Below, one piece after another: positions 23,865 to 33,321 of a stretch of 38,426 nucleotides of DNA. Under the pieces are notes generated by a model. It saw nothing but the letters and a program-made list of their open reading frames with translations. It was not told the DNA's origin and did no database searches. The position numbers and the translations under genes are program-made. Location: positions 1 to 38,426 of the IMG/VR virus record IMGVR_UViG_3300049137_000136; one strand, 5' to 3'. The stretch comes from a virus. Taxonomy: Duplodnaviria; Caudoviricetes. Position 1 is the first letter of the stretch; the number at the start of each line of letters is the position of its first letter.

Positions 23865-26800
23865 TCAGCTCGCGGTGATGACGGAGATCAGCTCTCGCTG
23901 CCCCTGCTGCATGACCTGCTGCGCCTCGCCGCGGACCCGGCCGAGAAACTCGCCCGAGTCGAGGTAGAGGCTGCCCTCGAACGCGGCCGGTCCCGACGGG
24001 CCGCCGCGCGCCGCCAGCGAGGTAAGGGCGTTGGCCTGCGCCGTCGTGAACACCGGCTCCGGCCGCCCGGTGCCGTTGTACGCCAGGTTGAAGCCAGGCT
24101 GCAGGTAACCGCCCGAGTCGTAGCTGCCCGGCTTGAAGCCGTACCAGGAGTCGAACAGGCGGTCGTTGTAGCCGCGGGCTCGCCGCCCGACGACCACCCC
24201 GTCACCGCCGCGACTCTCCACGTTGACGCCGCCGAGGGTGCCCGCGGTGTGGCCGACCCCGGCGTTCGTGATGCCGATCATGAACGGGGACTTCTGGCGC
24301 AGCTTCCACCCGGGAGGGGCGGTTCGGCCCGAGAACGCCCCCGTCGCCCACCGGCGGTGCGGCTTCTGGCCGCGGATGACGGACTCGATAGCCGACATGA
24401 AGCCCGAGCAGTCCCAGCTCGGGTTCCCGTTGCCGCCCCACTGGTAGGGCTTGCCATTCTGGGTGCGCGCCCAAGCCAGTGCCTTCTGGATGCGCGGGCC
24501 GCCGATGCCGCCGGCGCCCCGCTTGTCCGCCTCCTTGCTGTAGCCGAACAGGGCGTCGATGATCCGGCTCGGGATGCGTCGGATCATCTTCCCGAAGCCG
24601 GTGTCCATGCCGGGGAAGTTCTTCAACAGCGGGTCGACGACGTTGTTCACGCCCGCGCGCGCGGACGCCTCCAGGGTGTCAGTGAGCCATGACGCCCCTT
24701 CCTTGATCTTGTTCCAGGCTGCCGATCCGGCGCCGAGGGCAGCGGACCCGGCGGACTTGATCCAGTCGAAGATGCCGCCGCTGGCGAACCGCTGAACCGG
24801 GTAGATGCCGCCGGTGCTGTAGCGCAGGGACCGGTCTGTCGGCGTGCTCGGGTTGCCGCCGAGCATCGGCGCCAGGGCCGCCTTGACGCCCTGGGCGCCC
24901 CGGGAGCGAGCGACCGCGTTGAGGGTGTGCACGAACCCTGAGCCCACGGCCCGCGTGAACTCGGGCCGCATGATGGCCTCGCCGCCGGACAACTCCAGCG
25001 CCCCGCCCGTCGGGGAGACGAACCTGTGCACGTCGCGGCCCGGGGTGTAGCCCGGCATGACACCGCCGGAGGCGAACTTGAAGACGTCCAGCTTGGGGGC
25101 GCCGAAGGCGCTGGCTACGGCGTTCCAGACGCCACGGACGCCCCGGTTGTACACCACGTCCACGACGTACTGCACAGGCTCCCGGGCGATCCCCTTGATG
25201 CGGTCCCAGGCTGCCTTGATGCCCTTCCGGGCCGCGTCGAAGGCGCCGATGAATCGATCCCTCAGGGTCTGAGCCCAGCCCGGCATCGTCTTGATGAAGA
25301 AGTCCCGGATCGGGTAGATGGTCCACTTCTTGATCAGGTCCCACGCGCCGGAGATCCCGGAGCGGATGCCGTCCCACACGCCGATGATCCGGCCCCGCAA
25401 GGTGGCGGCCCAGCCCGGCATCGTCTTGATGAAGAAGTCCCGGACCGGGTACAGGACGTGCTGCTTGATCCAGTCCCAGATGATGGCGAGCGCCGCCTTC
25501 ATGACGTCCCAGGCGACACGGACCTTGTCGCGCAGGGTCTCAGCCCAGCCCGGCAGGATCCGGGTGAAGAACACCCCGATGGGCTCCAGGACGTTCGACT
25601 TGATCCAATCCCATGCGGCACCCAGGGCCATCTTGATGGCCTCCCAGATGACCGTGACGGCGCTCCGGAACCAGTCGCACTTCGTCCACAGCAAGTAGAT
25701 CGCGGTGACCACGGCCGTGATCCCGAGGACGATCCAGCCGAGCGGGCTTAGCCTCATGGCCAAGTTGAAAGCCGCCATGGCGGCCGTCGCCAGCCATGTG
25801 ACGCCCGTCCACAGCAGCGTCGCCAGGCGCCATGCGCCCATCGCGACCACGATGCCGTAGATCGCCTGCACCGCCCACGGCGCGTTGTCCGCGATCCACT
25901 GGACACCCTGGGCGATGCCGCCGATCACGGTCAGGACGACGCTGGAGATCGGCGACATGGCGACGCCGATCGACAGCAGAGCCCCTGAGATCCGCTGCAG
26001 TGCCTCCCAGATCTTCGGGGCCATCTCGGCGGAGTAGCCGAGGAACCGCTCGAACTCCGGGGAGCCCTTCAGACCCTGCCCCCACGCGGCGAACCGGCCG
26101 GTGAGGGTCTGCATCCGCGCGGACACCGAGTCCACCTTCGGCAGGAAGGCAGAGATCACCCCGGCCATGCCCTTGAACACGTTCCCGAACGAGACGCCCA
26201 GGCCCTCGATCGCGGGCTTCACCGAGCCCTGCAGATCGGACCGGAAGTCAGCCCAGAACGGCCGCTTCAGCTCCGCCGACGCCTTGTCCATCAGCGTCTG
26301 TATGGCGCCTGCGGCCTCCAGCACGAACGGCGTCAAGCCCGGCAGGGCGTTCTTCAGCCCGTTCAGCGCGCGGGTGAAGATCGGCATCACGGCAGGCTGC
26401 AGGCTGCGCGACCACTGCGAGAACGCATCCCGCAAACCGAGGAAGGCGTCGTAGGTCTCCCGCGCCGACGGCGTGAGTTTCGCCAGCTCTTCCTCATACT
26501 TGGCCTGCGCAATCGCCGCCTGGTCCACGCCGCCGGCCGCCGACAACGACGCCTGCTCGATCTGCCGCTGCGCCGACGCGATCGAATCGGCTGCCGACTG
26601 CTGAGCCGAAGCGAGCTGCTCCTGCGCGCGGGCCACCGACCGCGCACCCTCCTCCTGGGTGCGGGCCACGTTCCGCTGCGCCTCGGCGACAGCTTCCTGG
26701 CTCTCGATCTGCTGCCGGGCCGCGTCGGCGCGGGCCTTGGCGAGGTCCCGCTGCTGCCGCGCGACCCCCTCCTCGGCCTCCCGCAGCCGCTCCTGAGCGG

Positions 26801-28202
26801 TGCGGACCGTCTCCGACCCCTCCACGCCGGCCTTGTCCGCTGCCGCCTTCTCCGCGGTCAGCGACTGCGTCTCGGCCTGAGCCTCCCGCAGGCGCTGAAC
26901 CGCCTGGTCGTAGGCGAGCTGCGCCCGCTGCCGCTCCAGCAGGGTCGCTTTCGAGCCCTCCGCCTGCGTCGCGCGCAGCCGGGCCTCCGCCTCCTGCACC
27001 GACAGAGCGGCATCCCGCTCCGACAGGCGAGCGTTCGCCACCCGGTCACCGAGCTCAGCCAGCTCCGCGGCGGCGTCACGGCGAGCCTGGGTCAGATCCT
27101 CCTGTGCCCGCTGCGCGTCGCGCTGCGCGTCCGCGAGCTGCTCCTCGGCCTGCCGTACCTGCTCGGCCGCCCGCCGCTGCCGGTCCGCGGCCTGCTGCAC
27201 CGCGCCCGCGAGCTGCTCCTTCGCGCGCCGGTTCGCCTCCGCCGCCGACCGCACCGCGTCCGCGACTCCCTGCTCGGCCTGCCGGATCTGCTGGGCCGCC
27301 TGGCGGTGGGCACTGGCCAGGGCCTGCTGCGCGGACGCCATCTGCAGCGACCGGGAGGCCGCCTGCGCAGCCGCCTGCCCTCCCTTCAAGGTCGCGGTCG
27401 TAGCCGCATCCTGGGCCGCCTTCTGCGCCTGCAGCACCTTGCCCATCTGCACGAAGGCAGGCACTGCGACGGCGACCAGCGCGCCAACCCCCACGGCCGC
27501 CGCCGACGCAGCAGCAGCCACCGCACCGAGTCCGGCCGCCGCCACCGGCAGCACCGGCAGGAGTGCCGGCCCGAAGGCGATCGCGGCCGACGTCAGCATC
27601 GACAGGTTGGCCGTAGCGGACCGCGTGTCGACGTCGATGGTCACGTCGTCGGCGTCCAGGCGGTTCACCTGCGCCTGCACCGCCGCGAGCTCGGCCGCCG
27701 CGGCGCCGGTGTCGATCCGCACGTCCACGTCCGCGTCGGACGCGGCGAGCGCAGCCAGACGCGACTGCAGCTGGGTGATGCGGGCCATCGCCTCCGCTGC
27801 GTCGATGTCGACGCCGATCTCTACGTCCCGCAGCGTCGCCAGCTGGGCCCGGATCTGGTGGATCTCCCGGTCCACCGCCGAGGAGTCCGCGGTCAGCTCC
27901 ACCTCGGGCAGGCTGCGCAGCGCCGCCTCGACGCGGGTCCTCATGCCGCGGGCGAAGGCCGACCCGGTCTGCTCGCCGCCGCGCGTAGCGGACGGCACCG
28001 CGGTGCGGGATCCGGTCGTCACGCCCGTGCGCACCGCCTGGGCCACCTGCGTGCTGACATGCCGGCCGATCACGCGGCCGATCTCGTCGCCCACCGAGTC
28101 GGCGGCGGGCACCACCTGCTCCTGCAGACGCCGGCGGATCCCGCGCGCGTTCGGGACAACGTCGACCTCGACGGACCCCACGCTGATCGCGGCCACGGGC
28201 AC
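23865..28202 (-). CDS. Tape measure protein with C-terminal NlpC/P60 peptidase domain
   Basis: 1445 aa, Ala/Gln-rich helical with Trp-periodic repeats; 'GKPYQWGG....WDCSG...GHT'. Confidence 0.93.
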   Translation of the reverse strand: MPVAAISVGSVEVDVVPNARGIRRRLQEQVVPAADSVGDEIGRVIGRHVSTQVAQAVRTGVTTGSRTAVPSATRGGEQTGSAFARGMRTRVEAALRSLPEVELTADSSAVDREIHQIRAQLATLRDVEIGVDIDAAEAMARITQLQSRLAALAASDADVDVRIDTGAAAAELAAVQAQVNRLDADDVTIDVDTRSATANLSMLTSAAIAFGPALLPVLPVAAAGLGAVAAAASAAAVGVGALVAVAVPAFVQMGKVLQAQKAAQDAATTATLKGGQAAAQAASRSLQMASAQQALASAHRQAAQQIRQAEQGVADAVRSAAEANRRAKEQLAGAVQQAADRQRRAAEQVRQAEEQLADAQRDAQRAQEDLTQARRDAAAELAELGDRVANARLSERDAALSVQEAEARLRATQAEGSKATLLERQRAQLAYDQAVQRLREAQAETQSLTAEKAAADKAGVEGSETVRTAQERLREAEEGVARQQRDLAKARADAARQQIESQEAVAEAQRNVARTQEEGARSVARAQEQLASAQQSAADSIASAQRQIEQASLSAAGGVDQAAIAQAKYEEELAKLTPSARETYDAFLGLRDAFSQWSRSLQPAVMPIFTRALNGLKNALPGLTPFVLEAAGAIQTLMDKASAELKRPFWADFRSDLQGSVKPAIEGLGVSFGNVFKGMAGVISAFLPKVDSVSARMQTLTGRFAAWGQGLKGSPEFERFLGYSAEMAPKIWEALQRISGALLSIGVAMSPISSVVLTVIGGIAQGVQWIADNAPWAVQAIYGIVVAMGAWRLATLLWTGVTWLATAAMAAFNLAMRLSPLGWIVLGITAVVTAIYLLWTKCDWFRSAVTVIWEAIKMALGAAWDWIKSNVLEPIGVFFTRILPGWAETLRDKVRVAWDVMKAALAIIWDWIKQHVLYPVRDFFIKTMPGWAATLRGRIIGVWDGIRSGISGAWDLIKKWTIYPIRDFFIKTMPGWAQTLRDRFIGAFDAARKGIKAAWDRIKGIAREPVQYVVDVVYNRGVRGVWNAVASAFGAPKLDVFKFASGGVMPGYTPGRDVHRFVSPTGGALELSGGEAIMRPEFTRAVGSGFVHTLNAVARSRGAQGVKAALAPMLGGNPSTPTDRSLRYSTGGIYPVQRFASGGIFDWIKSAGSAALGAGSAAWNKIKEGASWLTDTLEASARAGVNNVVDPLLKNFPGMDTGFGKMIRRIPSRIIDALFGYSKEADKRGAGGIGGPRIQKALAWARTQNGKPYQWGGNGNPSWDCSGFMSAIESVIRGQKPHRRWATGAFSGRTAPPGWKLRQKSPFMIGITNAGVGHTAGTLGGVNVESRGGDGVVVGRRARGYNDRLFDSWYGFKPGSYDSGGYLQPGFNLAYNGTGRPEPVFTTAQANALTSLAARGGPSGPAAFEGSLYLDSGEFLGRVRGEAQQVMQQGQRELISVITAS
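25273..25572 (-). repeat. Three 135-bp (45-aa) tandem units inside the tape measure gene
   Basis: Identical 37-mer at 25273-25309 and 25408-25444; related copy from 25543. Confidence 0.75.
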
Positions 28203-28215
28203 CTCCTCCGTGGCG

Positions 28216-28680
28216 CTACTCGGCGCCCCCCTGTATGAGCTGGAACAACCGGTTGGCGCTGTTCTCGGTCAGCTTCGGTTTCGCCTGGCGCGGCTTCGCG
28301 CCGGGTCGGCGGATCGGCTCAGGCGGATCCGGGCGCTTCGACTTCTTGTCGGTGTTCACGCACCACAGCACCCACTCCACGCGGGCCAGACGGTCGGCGA
28401 CGAGCGCCAGCAGCTGCTCCTGCTGAGACCAAGGGGCCTTCTCCGGCTCGCCCTTGTCGGCCTGAGCCGCGATCTCTTCGGGCGACGCGGAGTTCCTCAG
28501 CGCCGTCCAGGTGGCCGACTCGGGCGGCAGTCGCTCGATGAGGACGCGCAGCCGCCGCGCCGACATCTCGCCCCGGTAGTACGCCACGAGCTGGTCCTCG
28601 CTGCGCGGGTAGTAGAAGGCCAGGTCGCCCTCTACCGCCTCCTCGTGCGCCGCGACGACCGTCCGGGTCCAGGTGATTTC
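28216..28680 (-). CDS. Tail assembly chaperone, frameshifted C-terminal part (gpGT-like)
   Basis: -1 frame is open from the slip site: EITWTRTVVAAHEEAVEGDLAFYY...RRLRVLIERLPPESAT... Confidence 0.8.
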   Translation of the reverse strand, partial: EITWTRTVVAAHEEAVEGDLAFYYPRSEDQLVAYYRGEMSARRLRVLIERLPPESATWTALRNSASPEEIAAQADKGEPEKAPWSQQEQLLALVADRLARVEWVLWCVNTDKKSKRPDPPEPIRRPGAKPRQAKPKLTENSANRLFQLIQGGAE

Positions 28681-29051
28681 CCCAGGCTCTCACCCGACTG
28701 CCGTGCGGCGTCCTCGATGAACTCGTAGAACTCGGTGTTGGTCGGATCGATCTCCCAGAACACGTCGAGGTCGTCCGGGTGGATGACGAGGTCGGTGAAG
28801 GCGGCGAGCTGCCCCTGGTTGAGCAGTGCCTGCCACGACGCACGCCACGATCCGGGCGGGATGATCCGGACGTCCTCACCGGCGAGATCGGCGGTGACGT
28901 ACTCGCCTTCCGCCTCGATCTCCGCCGCGGTGGCCTGCGGTTCGTCGACGTCCTGATCGCCCGGCTCCGGCGTGGGGTGCGTCGGCGGACGGGATGCCGC
29001 ACGAGCGGCAGTGCGCGGCTTCCTGCTGGTGGTGTTGCGCGTGCTGGCCAC
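28632..29051 (-). CDS. Tail assembly chaperone (gpG-like)
   Basis: Between major tail and tape measure; ends 'GESLGKS...RRTRRR'; AAGGAGG RBS. Confidence 0.85.
   Translation of the reverse strand: MASTRNTTSRKPRTAARAASRPPTHPTPEPGDQDVDEPQATAAEIEAEGEYVTADLAGEDVRIIPPGSWRASWQALLNQGQLAAFTDLVIHPDDLDVFWEIDPTNTEFYEFIEDAARQSGESLGKSPGPGRSSRRTRRR
28677..28683 (-). other. Programmed -1 frameshift site G-GGG-AAA
   Basis: CTG GGG AAA in frame 0; a -1 shift enters the frame of 28216..28587 (frames checked). Confidence 0.75.
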
Positions 29052-29140
29052 GGCGCGGGCCTCCTTCTATGCGATGGCGCGGGCAGGGTGGAGGTGGACG
29101 GGCCGGGCCCGCGCCGACGGTTGACGGCCCGTCCACCAGC

Positions 29141-29728
29141 TCAGGACCCGCTGTTCGCGGGCGTCTCCGGGACACGGTCGAAGTGGTAGACGGTGTTGCC
29201 GGCCTCGTCCGGGTAGGCGGTGATCGTCCACTCGAAGCCGGCGACCTGATCCTGCTTGTGCGTGACGTCGGACCGCTCGGTGATCTCCCCCTGCGGCACG
29301 TAGAAGCCGCGCTGGAAGTTGTCGCCGTCGAGGACGACGAACCACCACGCGCGCCGGTCCGGCTCCGGGGACGCGGTCTCCGCGAACGTCGTCAGCCCGG
29401 CCGCCGGGGTCAGGTCGGTGGTCGGCACCCGGTACTGCAGGGACTGCACCGTGGTCCGGCCGGTCTCCCACGCCGTCAGGCTGAACGTGCGCAGCGAGGA
29501 GGTGATGGTGGTGCGGATCGGCGCGGTGTAGCCCCACGGGGTGAAGGACTGGGAGTCCTCCTCGAAGCCCTGCACGAGGCCGTCGTCCGAGATGGCGCCG
29601 AGCGGCGCCCACGGGGCGAGCGGCTGGATCTCGGGGTCGCCGGGCGACGTGGTGCCGATGGGGGCGACCCAGCCGCCGCCGTTCGCACCGACCTCCAGAA
29701 GGTCCGCCGCGCGGGTGATCGAAACCAT
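29141..29728 (-). CDS. Major tail protein
   Basis: 'LGAISDDGL', 'FTPWG', 'GEITERSDV', 'WTITAYPD'; ATG 29728 has a GGAG RBS. Confidence 0.88.
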   Translation of the reverse strand: MVSITRAADLLEVGANGGGWVAPIGTTSPGDPEIQPLAPWAPLGAISDDGLVQGFEEDSQSFTPWGYTAPIRTTITSSLRTFSLTAWETGRTTVQSLQYRVPTTDLTPAAGLTTFAETASPEPDRRAWWFVVLDGDNFQRGFYVPQGEITERSDVTHKQDQVAGFEWTITAYPDEAGNTVYHFDRVPETPANSGS

Positions 29729-29800
29729 GAGGTCTCCAGACATGCGAAGACCCCGCGAGCGGCGGGGTCGAAGGACAGGGTCCGGCGCGGGCCCGACCGG

Positions 29801-30199
29801 TCAGGAGACCGGGTGACAGTAGATCTCGTAGGTGGCCCCGACGCGGCGGAGCCCAGTGTTCTCGTAGGGGCGAATCGCGGGCCGGGAGATCGTGCCAGTC
29901 CGGGCGAACACCGCCTTCTCAGTGGTGGAGCCGCGCAGCTCGGTCAGCACCCAGCCCTGGATGCGGGCGGCCAGCGCGATCGCCTCGCCGCGGGTGCGGT
30001 GGTAGACGTCGATGTCGACGAACGGCCGGTCCAGACGAATCCCGTCGTCGTCACCGCCCACCACCTGAACCTGCACCGTCGGCAGCTCCTCGGCGAGGCT
30101 GTTGTCCAGCTCGTCGCGCACTACCACGCCGTCGCCGAGGGCCGCCCGCAGCGCGACCATGACCTCCAGCTCCACATCGACGGAGCCGACGGCGCCCAT
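29801..30199 (-). CDS. Tail terminator protein
   Basis: 'LPTVQVQVVGGDDD...D.P.VDIDVY'; directly before the major tail gene. Confidence 0.75.
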   Translation of the reverse strand: MGAVGSVDVELEVMVALRAALGDGVVVRDELDNSLAEELPTVQVQVVGGDDDGIRLDRPFVDIDVYHRTRGEAIALAARIQGWVLTELRGSTTEKAVFARTGTISRPAIRPYENTGLRRVGATYEIYCHPVS

Positions 30200-30525
30200 C
30201 AGTCGCCGCCCGCCGCCGCGGCCCGCAGCAGCACGTGATGGGCCGGGACACGCTCCGTGCCGTACTCCACCCAGCGGGCGTAGTAGGTCGGGTTGCGGAC
30301 GTAGGCGACGGCCCGGTCCCGACGACGGCCGCCACGGCGGGTGCTGTCCGCCTCCCAGGCGCCCTTGTAACGGCCCGGGTTCGGGTCGCCCGAGCCGCCG
30401 ACCGGGGAGATCGTCACAGCCATCGCCTTGATGTTCTCGGCCCGGCGCACCAAATCCGCGCGGACCATCTCCGACCGCAGCAGCTCCCCCACACCTCGGC
30501 TCTTCAGCCTGAACCGCGCCGCCAT
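30199..30525 (-). CDS. HK97 gp10-like neck protein
   Basis: 'GVGELLRS', 'YARWVEYGT...AHHVLLRA'. Confidence 0.75.
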   Translation of the reverse strand: MAARFRLKSRGVGELLRSEMVRADLVRRAENIKAMAVTISPVGGSGDPNPGRYKGAWEADSTRRGGRRRDRAVAYVRNPTYYARWVEYGTERVPAHHVLLRAAAAGGD

Positions 30526-30533
30526 ATCGCCTC

Positions 30534-30896
30534 CTAACCCGTCACCCGGTCCGCCGCGAACTGCACCGGCCCGGGCAGCCCGGTGAACGCATTGCGACCC
30601 CAGTCGCCGGGCTCGCCCGTGATCTCGCAGACCACGCCGCGGATCTTCGCCTTGTCGGTCGTGCGGACGTCGGTGCCCGGAGGGGCGTACACGGTCCAGC
30701 CGAGGATGACCGTGTCCCGGCCCTGCTGCTCCGAGCCGCCCACCGTCGGCGTCTGCTCCCGCGGCGCGACCACACAGCCCGGCACGTCGAACGACTCGTC
30801 CGGGCCGGGCAGCGGCTGACCGCGGTCATCCCGGCCGGGCGACGGGCCGGTGCGCAGGATCCGCACCGTCTCCCCGAACGGGTACGGGGCAGGCAC
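30534..30896 (-). CDS. Head-tail adaptor (stopper)
   Basis: 'ETVRILR..D..G.P', 'TVYAPPGTDV..TD...RG...EITGEP..W'. Confidence 0.75.
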   Translation of the reverse strand: MPAPYPFGETVRILRTGPSPGRDDRGQPLPGPDESFDVPGCVVAPREQTPTVGGSEQQGRDTVILGWTVYAPPGTDVRTTDKAKIRGVVCEITGEPGDWGRNAFTGLPGPVQFAADRVTG

Positions 30897-31313
30897 CTAC
30901 ACCCACCCCCAGCCCGGTTCCCACTCCAGCGGCGGCCCGTAGCCGTCGTCGATCGGGTAGGTCGGCGACGGGTCCGCCGTCGCCGGTGTCGGGTCCACCG
31001 TGAACGCGCCACCCCGGCCCGCGAGACTCTTGAGCGCGGTCTTGTCCGCCTTCGTCAGATACAGGCCGCCCGAGCCCTGCGGGCGCTGCACGCTCATCGG
31101 GCCGATCGTCTCGTAGGAGACCTGCTGCGGATTGACGTAGGCCCGGCCGGCGACCGACAGGACCACCGCCTGCGCGCCGTCCGGCAGCGGAGACACCACC
31201 GTCTGGCACAGCTGGACCGCGGTCTGGATCAGTAGATCCGCCCGGGCCCCGTCGATCTCAGGCAGCCCGAGGTACAGCCCGAGCTGCTCGGCGGTTGGAG
31301 CTTCGAACGCCAC
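30897..31313 (-). CDS. Head-to-tail connector protein
   Basis: 'RAYVNPQ..SYETIGP.S', 'GGLYLT..DK..L'. Confidence 0.78.
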   Translation of the reverse strand: MAFEAPTAEQLGLYLGLPEIDGARADLLIQTAVQLCQTVVSPLPDGAQAVVLSVAGRAYVNPQQVSYETIGPMSVQRPQGSGGLYLTKADKTALKSLAGRGGAFTVDPTPATADPSPTYPIDDGYGPPLEWEPGWGWV

Positions 31314-32352
31314 GGCTGCCTCCCAGCTCCTCGACGGCGTCGCACCAGGCGTCCAGCTCGTCCGTCGGGTCCAGCTCCGCTGACCGGGCCGCGGCCCGCT
31401 TCGACGCCTTGCGCCACTCGGCCGGCTGCAGGAGACGCTCCAGCGTCACCAGCCACGCGTCCAGGTCGTCCCGGTCCGCGAAGATGCCGGCCCCGCCGAG
31501 CGACTCGCACAGGCCCGGCGTCGGGTGAGCGACGACCGGGATACCGGACGCCATGGCCTCCACACCGGTACGGCCCCACGACTCGTAGGCGCTCGGCATG
31601 AGCAGCACCCGGGTGCGCGAATAGACCCGCTCGGCCATCTCGTTGCCCGGCACGTGGTCGATGAACTCCAGGTTCGGCAGCGGTTCGGGCGGCTCGACCT
31701 GCGCCCCGTAGGCGCCGCGCACGCCAAGGAACTGCTGCTGGGGCATGCGTTCGGCGATCCGCCAGAGCAGGTCGCCGCCCTTGTCCTCGTTGCAGTTGAT
31801 CAGCGTGACGCAGTCGCCCGGCTTCGTCCGGTAGTCCTCCGCCACCACCGGGGGCCGCACGATCATCGACCGGGCCGGGCGCACCGAGTGCGGGACCTCG
31901 GCGAAGTACAGCTCCGCCTCCGCCGCCATCCACGTCGAGTTGTACACCGCCAGCGCCGTCTCCCCCGCCGCCATGTGCCGGAACGACGGCCGGTGCGTGT
32001 TGTGGACGACCGTCACGAACGGCGTACCGAAGCCGCGGGCGAGCGCCGCCGTCGCCGGCACGTTTTCCAGATGGGAGATGAGCACGTCCGCCGTCCGGGA
32101 CGCCTCCCCGAAGTCGAGCCGGGCGCCCAGCGGCACCACGCGCACGCCGTCGTAGTCGTACACGTCCCGGTCGGCGGTGTAGCGGGACAGCCACACGCTC
32201 ACGTCGTGACCACGCTCGACGAGCGGGCGCAGCATCGACACGAGCATGTGCTCGGCCCCCGCGTTGTGCCGCGGGGGCATCGCATGCACGCGGACGACGA
32301 TCCTCAACGGGCTGGCCGCCCCGCCCGGCGCGGAGGCCGGGGCGGCCCCCAT
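31258..32352 (-). CDS. Glycosyltransferase, GT-B fold, family 4-like
   Basis: 'PP...AGAE...L...L..RGHDV.V', 'VYNS', 'KGG', 'LLMPSAYESWGRTGVEAMASGIPVV' (E-X7-E); ATG overlaps the capsid stop (TGATG). Confidence 0.92.
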   Translation of the reverse strand: MGAAPASAPGGAASPLRIVVRVHAMPPRHNAGAEHMLVSMLRPLVERGHDVSVWLSRYTADRDVYDYDGVRVVPLGARLDFGEASRTADVLISHLENVPATAALARGFGTPFVTVVHNTHRPSFRHMAAGETALAVYNSTWMAAEAELYFAEVPHSVRPARSMIVRPPVVAEDYRTKPGDCVTLINCNEDKGGDLLWRIAERMPQQQFLGVRGAYGAQVEPPEPLPNLEFIDHVPGNEMAERVYSRTRVLLMPSAYESWGRTGVEAMASGIPVVAHPTPGLCESLGGAGIFADRDDLDAWLVTLERLLQPAEWRKASKRAAARSAELDPTDELDAWCDAVEELGGSRGVRSSNRRAARAVPRAA

Positions 32353-33308
32353 CAGGAGCCCGCCGCGGCGCCGACGTACTTCACGAACGCCTCCGGATCG
32401 CCGAGGACGAACCCGAAGTACGCCTCGATCAGCAGCAGCACGAGGTTCTCCTGGAACGCGCTGTGGACGGTGCCGTCCTCGTCGACGTAGGTGGCCTCCG
32501 TGGACGTCTTGACGGTGATGTCCATGCCGACGCCGTAGGCGCACTGCGACCAGTCACCGCCGATCGCCCGCAGGCCGCTGTCGGTGGTCGTGGACTGGCG
32601 GCGGTACTTGCCAGAGATGCCCGACCCGTAGGCCAGCGGCTCGCCCAGCAGGGTGCCCGCGCCGGCCGCGCCCGTGCCCGGCTCCGTGGAGTCCACGAAG
32701 ATCGGACGGCCGGACGTGTCGGTGGCCAGCAGCAGCTGCGGCTTGAGCCGCTTGTCGGCGACGAAACCGTTGAAGTCCCAGTCGTCCTCGGTGACGTCGG
32801 CCATGCCCTTGACGAGGTCGGCATAGATGCCGCCCTTGTTCTGCGCGGCCGTGCCCAGCGTGACGCTCTTGGACGTCATGGCCAGATAGTCCGGGAAGGG
32901 GCCGGTGGCCCCCTTCATGGTGCGGCCGTGGATCGCCGCCGTGTCGAAGGCGCGGGCGATCGCGGTCGGCAGATCCTGGGAGAGCTGCTGGTACAGGCCG
33001 GCCGCGTTGGTGCGGGCGACCTCCTCGCTGACCGCGACGAGGGTCGCTACCTTCTTGCCCTGCATCGTCTTCACGCCGATGCCGCCGCTGCTCAGCGGCT
33101 TCTTGCCGCCCTCGGACACCCAGTCCGCGGTCGGCACGTCCAGCGGCACCGGGATCTCCGTGTTCGCGGTCATCGACAGCGGCACACGCCGCGCCAGCCG
33201 CATCACGGTCGACTGCTCGGTCGCCTTCGCGAAGATCGGCCCCGCGATCGTCGGCGGCAGCAGGTTGTTGGGGATACCGGCGAGCGTCACCGGCGGGGTT
33301 GCAGCCAT
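32352..33308 (-). CDS. Major capsid protein (HK97 fold)
   Basis: 'ADWVSEGGKKP', 'VSEEV', 'AIARAFD', 'LLGEPL', 'GGDWS', 'FQENLV'. Confidence 0.92.
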   Translation of the reverse strand: MAATPPVTLAGIPNNLLPPTIAGPIFAKATEQSTVMRLARRVPLSMTANTEIPVPLDVPTADWVSEGGKKPLSSGGIGVKTMQGKKVATLVAVSEEVARTNAAGLYQQLSQDLPTAIARAFDTAAIHGRTMKGATGPFPDYLAMTSKSVTLGTAAQNKGGIYADLVKGMADVTEDDWDFNGFVADKRLKPQLLLATDTSGRPIFVDSTEPGTGAAGAGTLLGEPLAYGSGISGKYRRQSTTTDSGLRAIGGDWSQCAYGVGMDITVKTSTEATYVDEDGTVHSAFQENLVLLLIEAYFGFVLGDPEAFVKYVGAAAGS

Positions 33309-33321
33309 GGTCTACCTCGTC

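Noticed and set aside
25273-25572. 37-bp direct repeats as a CRISPR array or DGR template/variable pair
   Set aside because: In-frame 45-aa tape-measure repeats; no reverse transcriptase or adenine-specific mismatches
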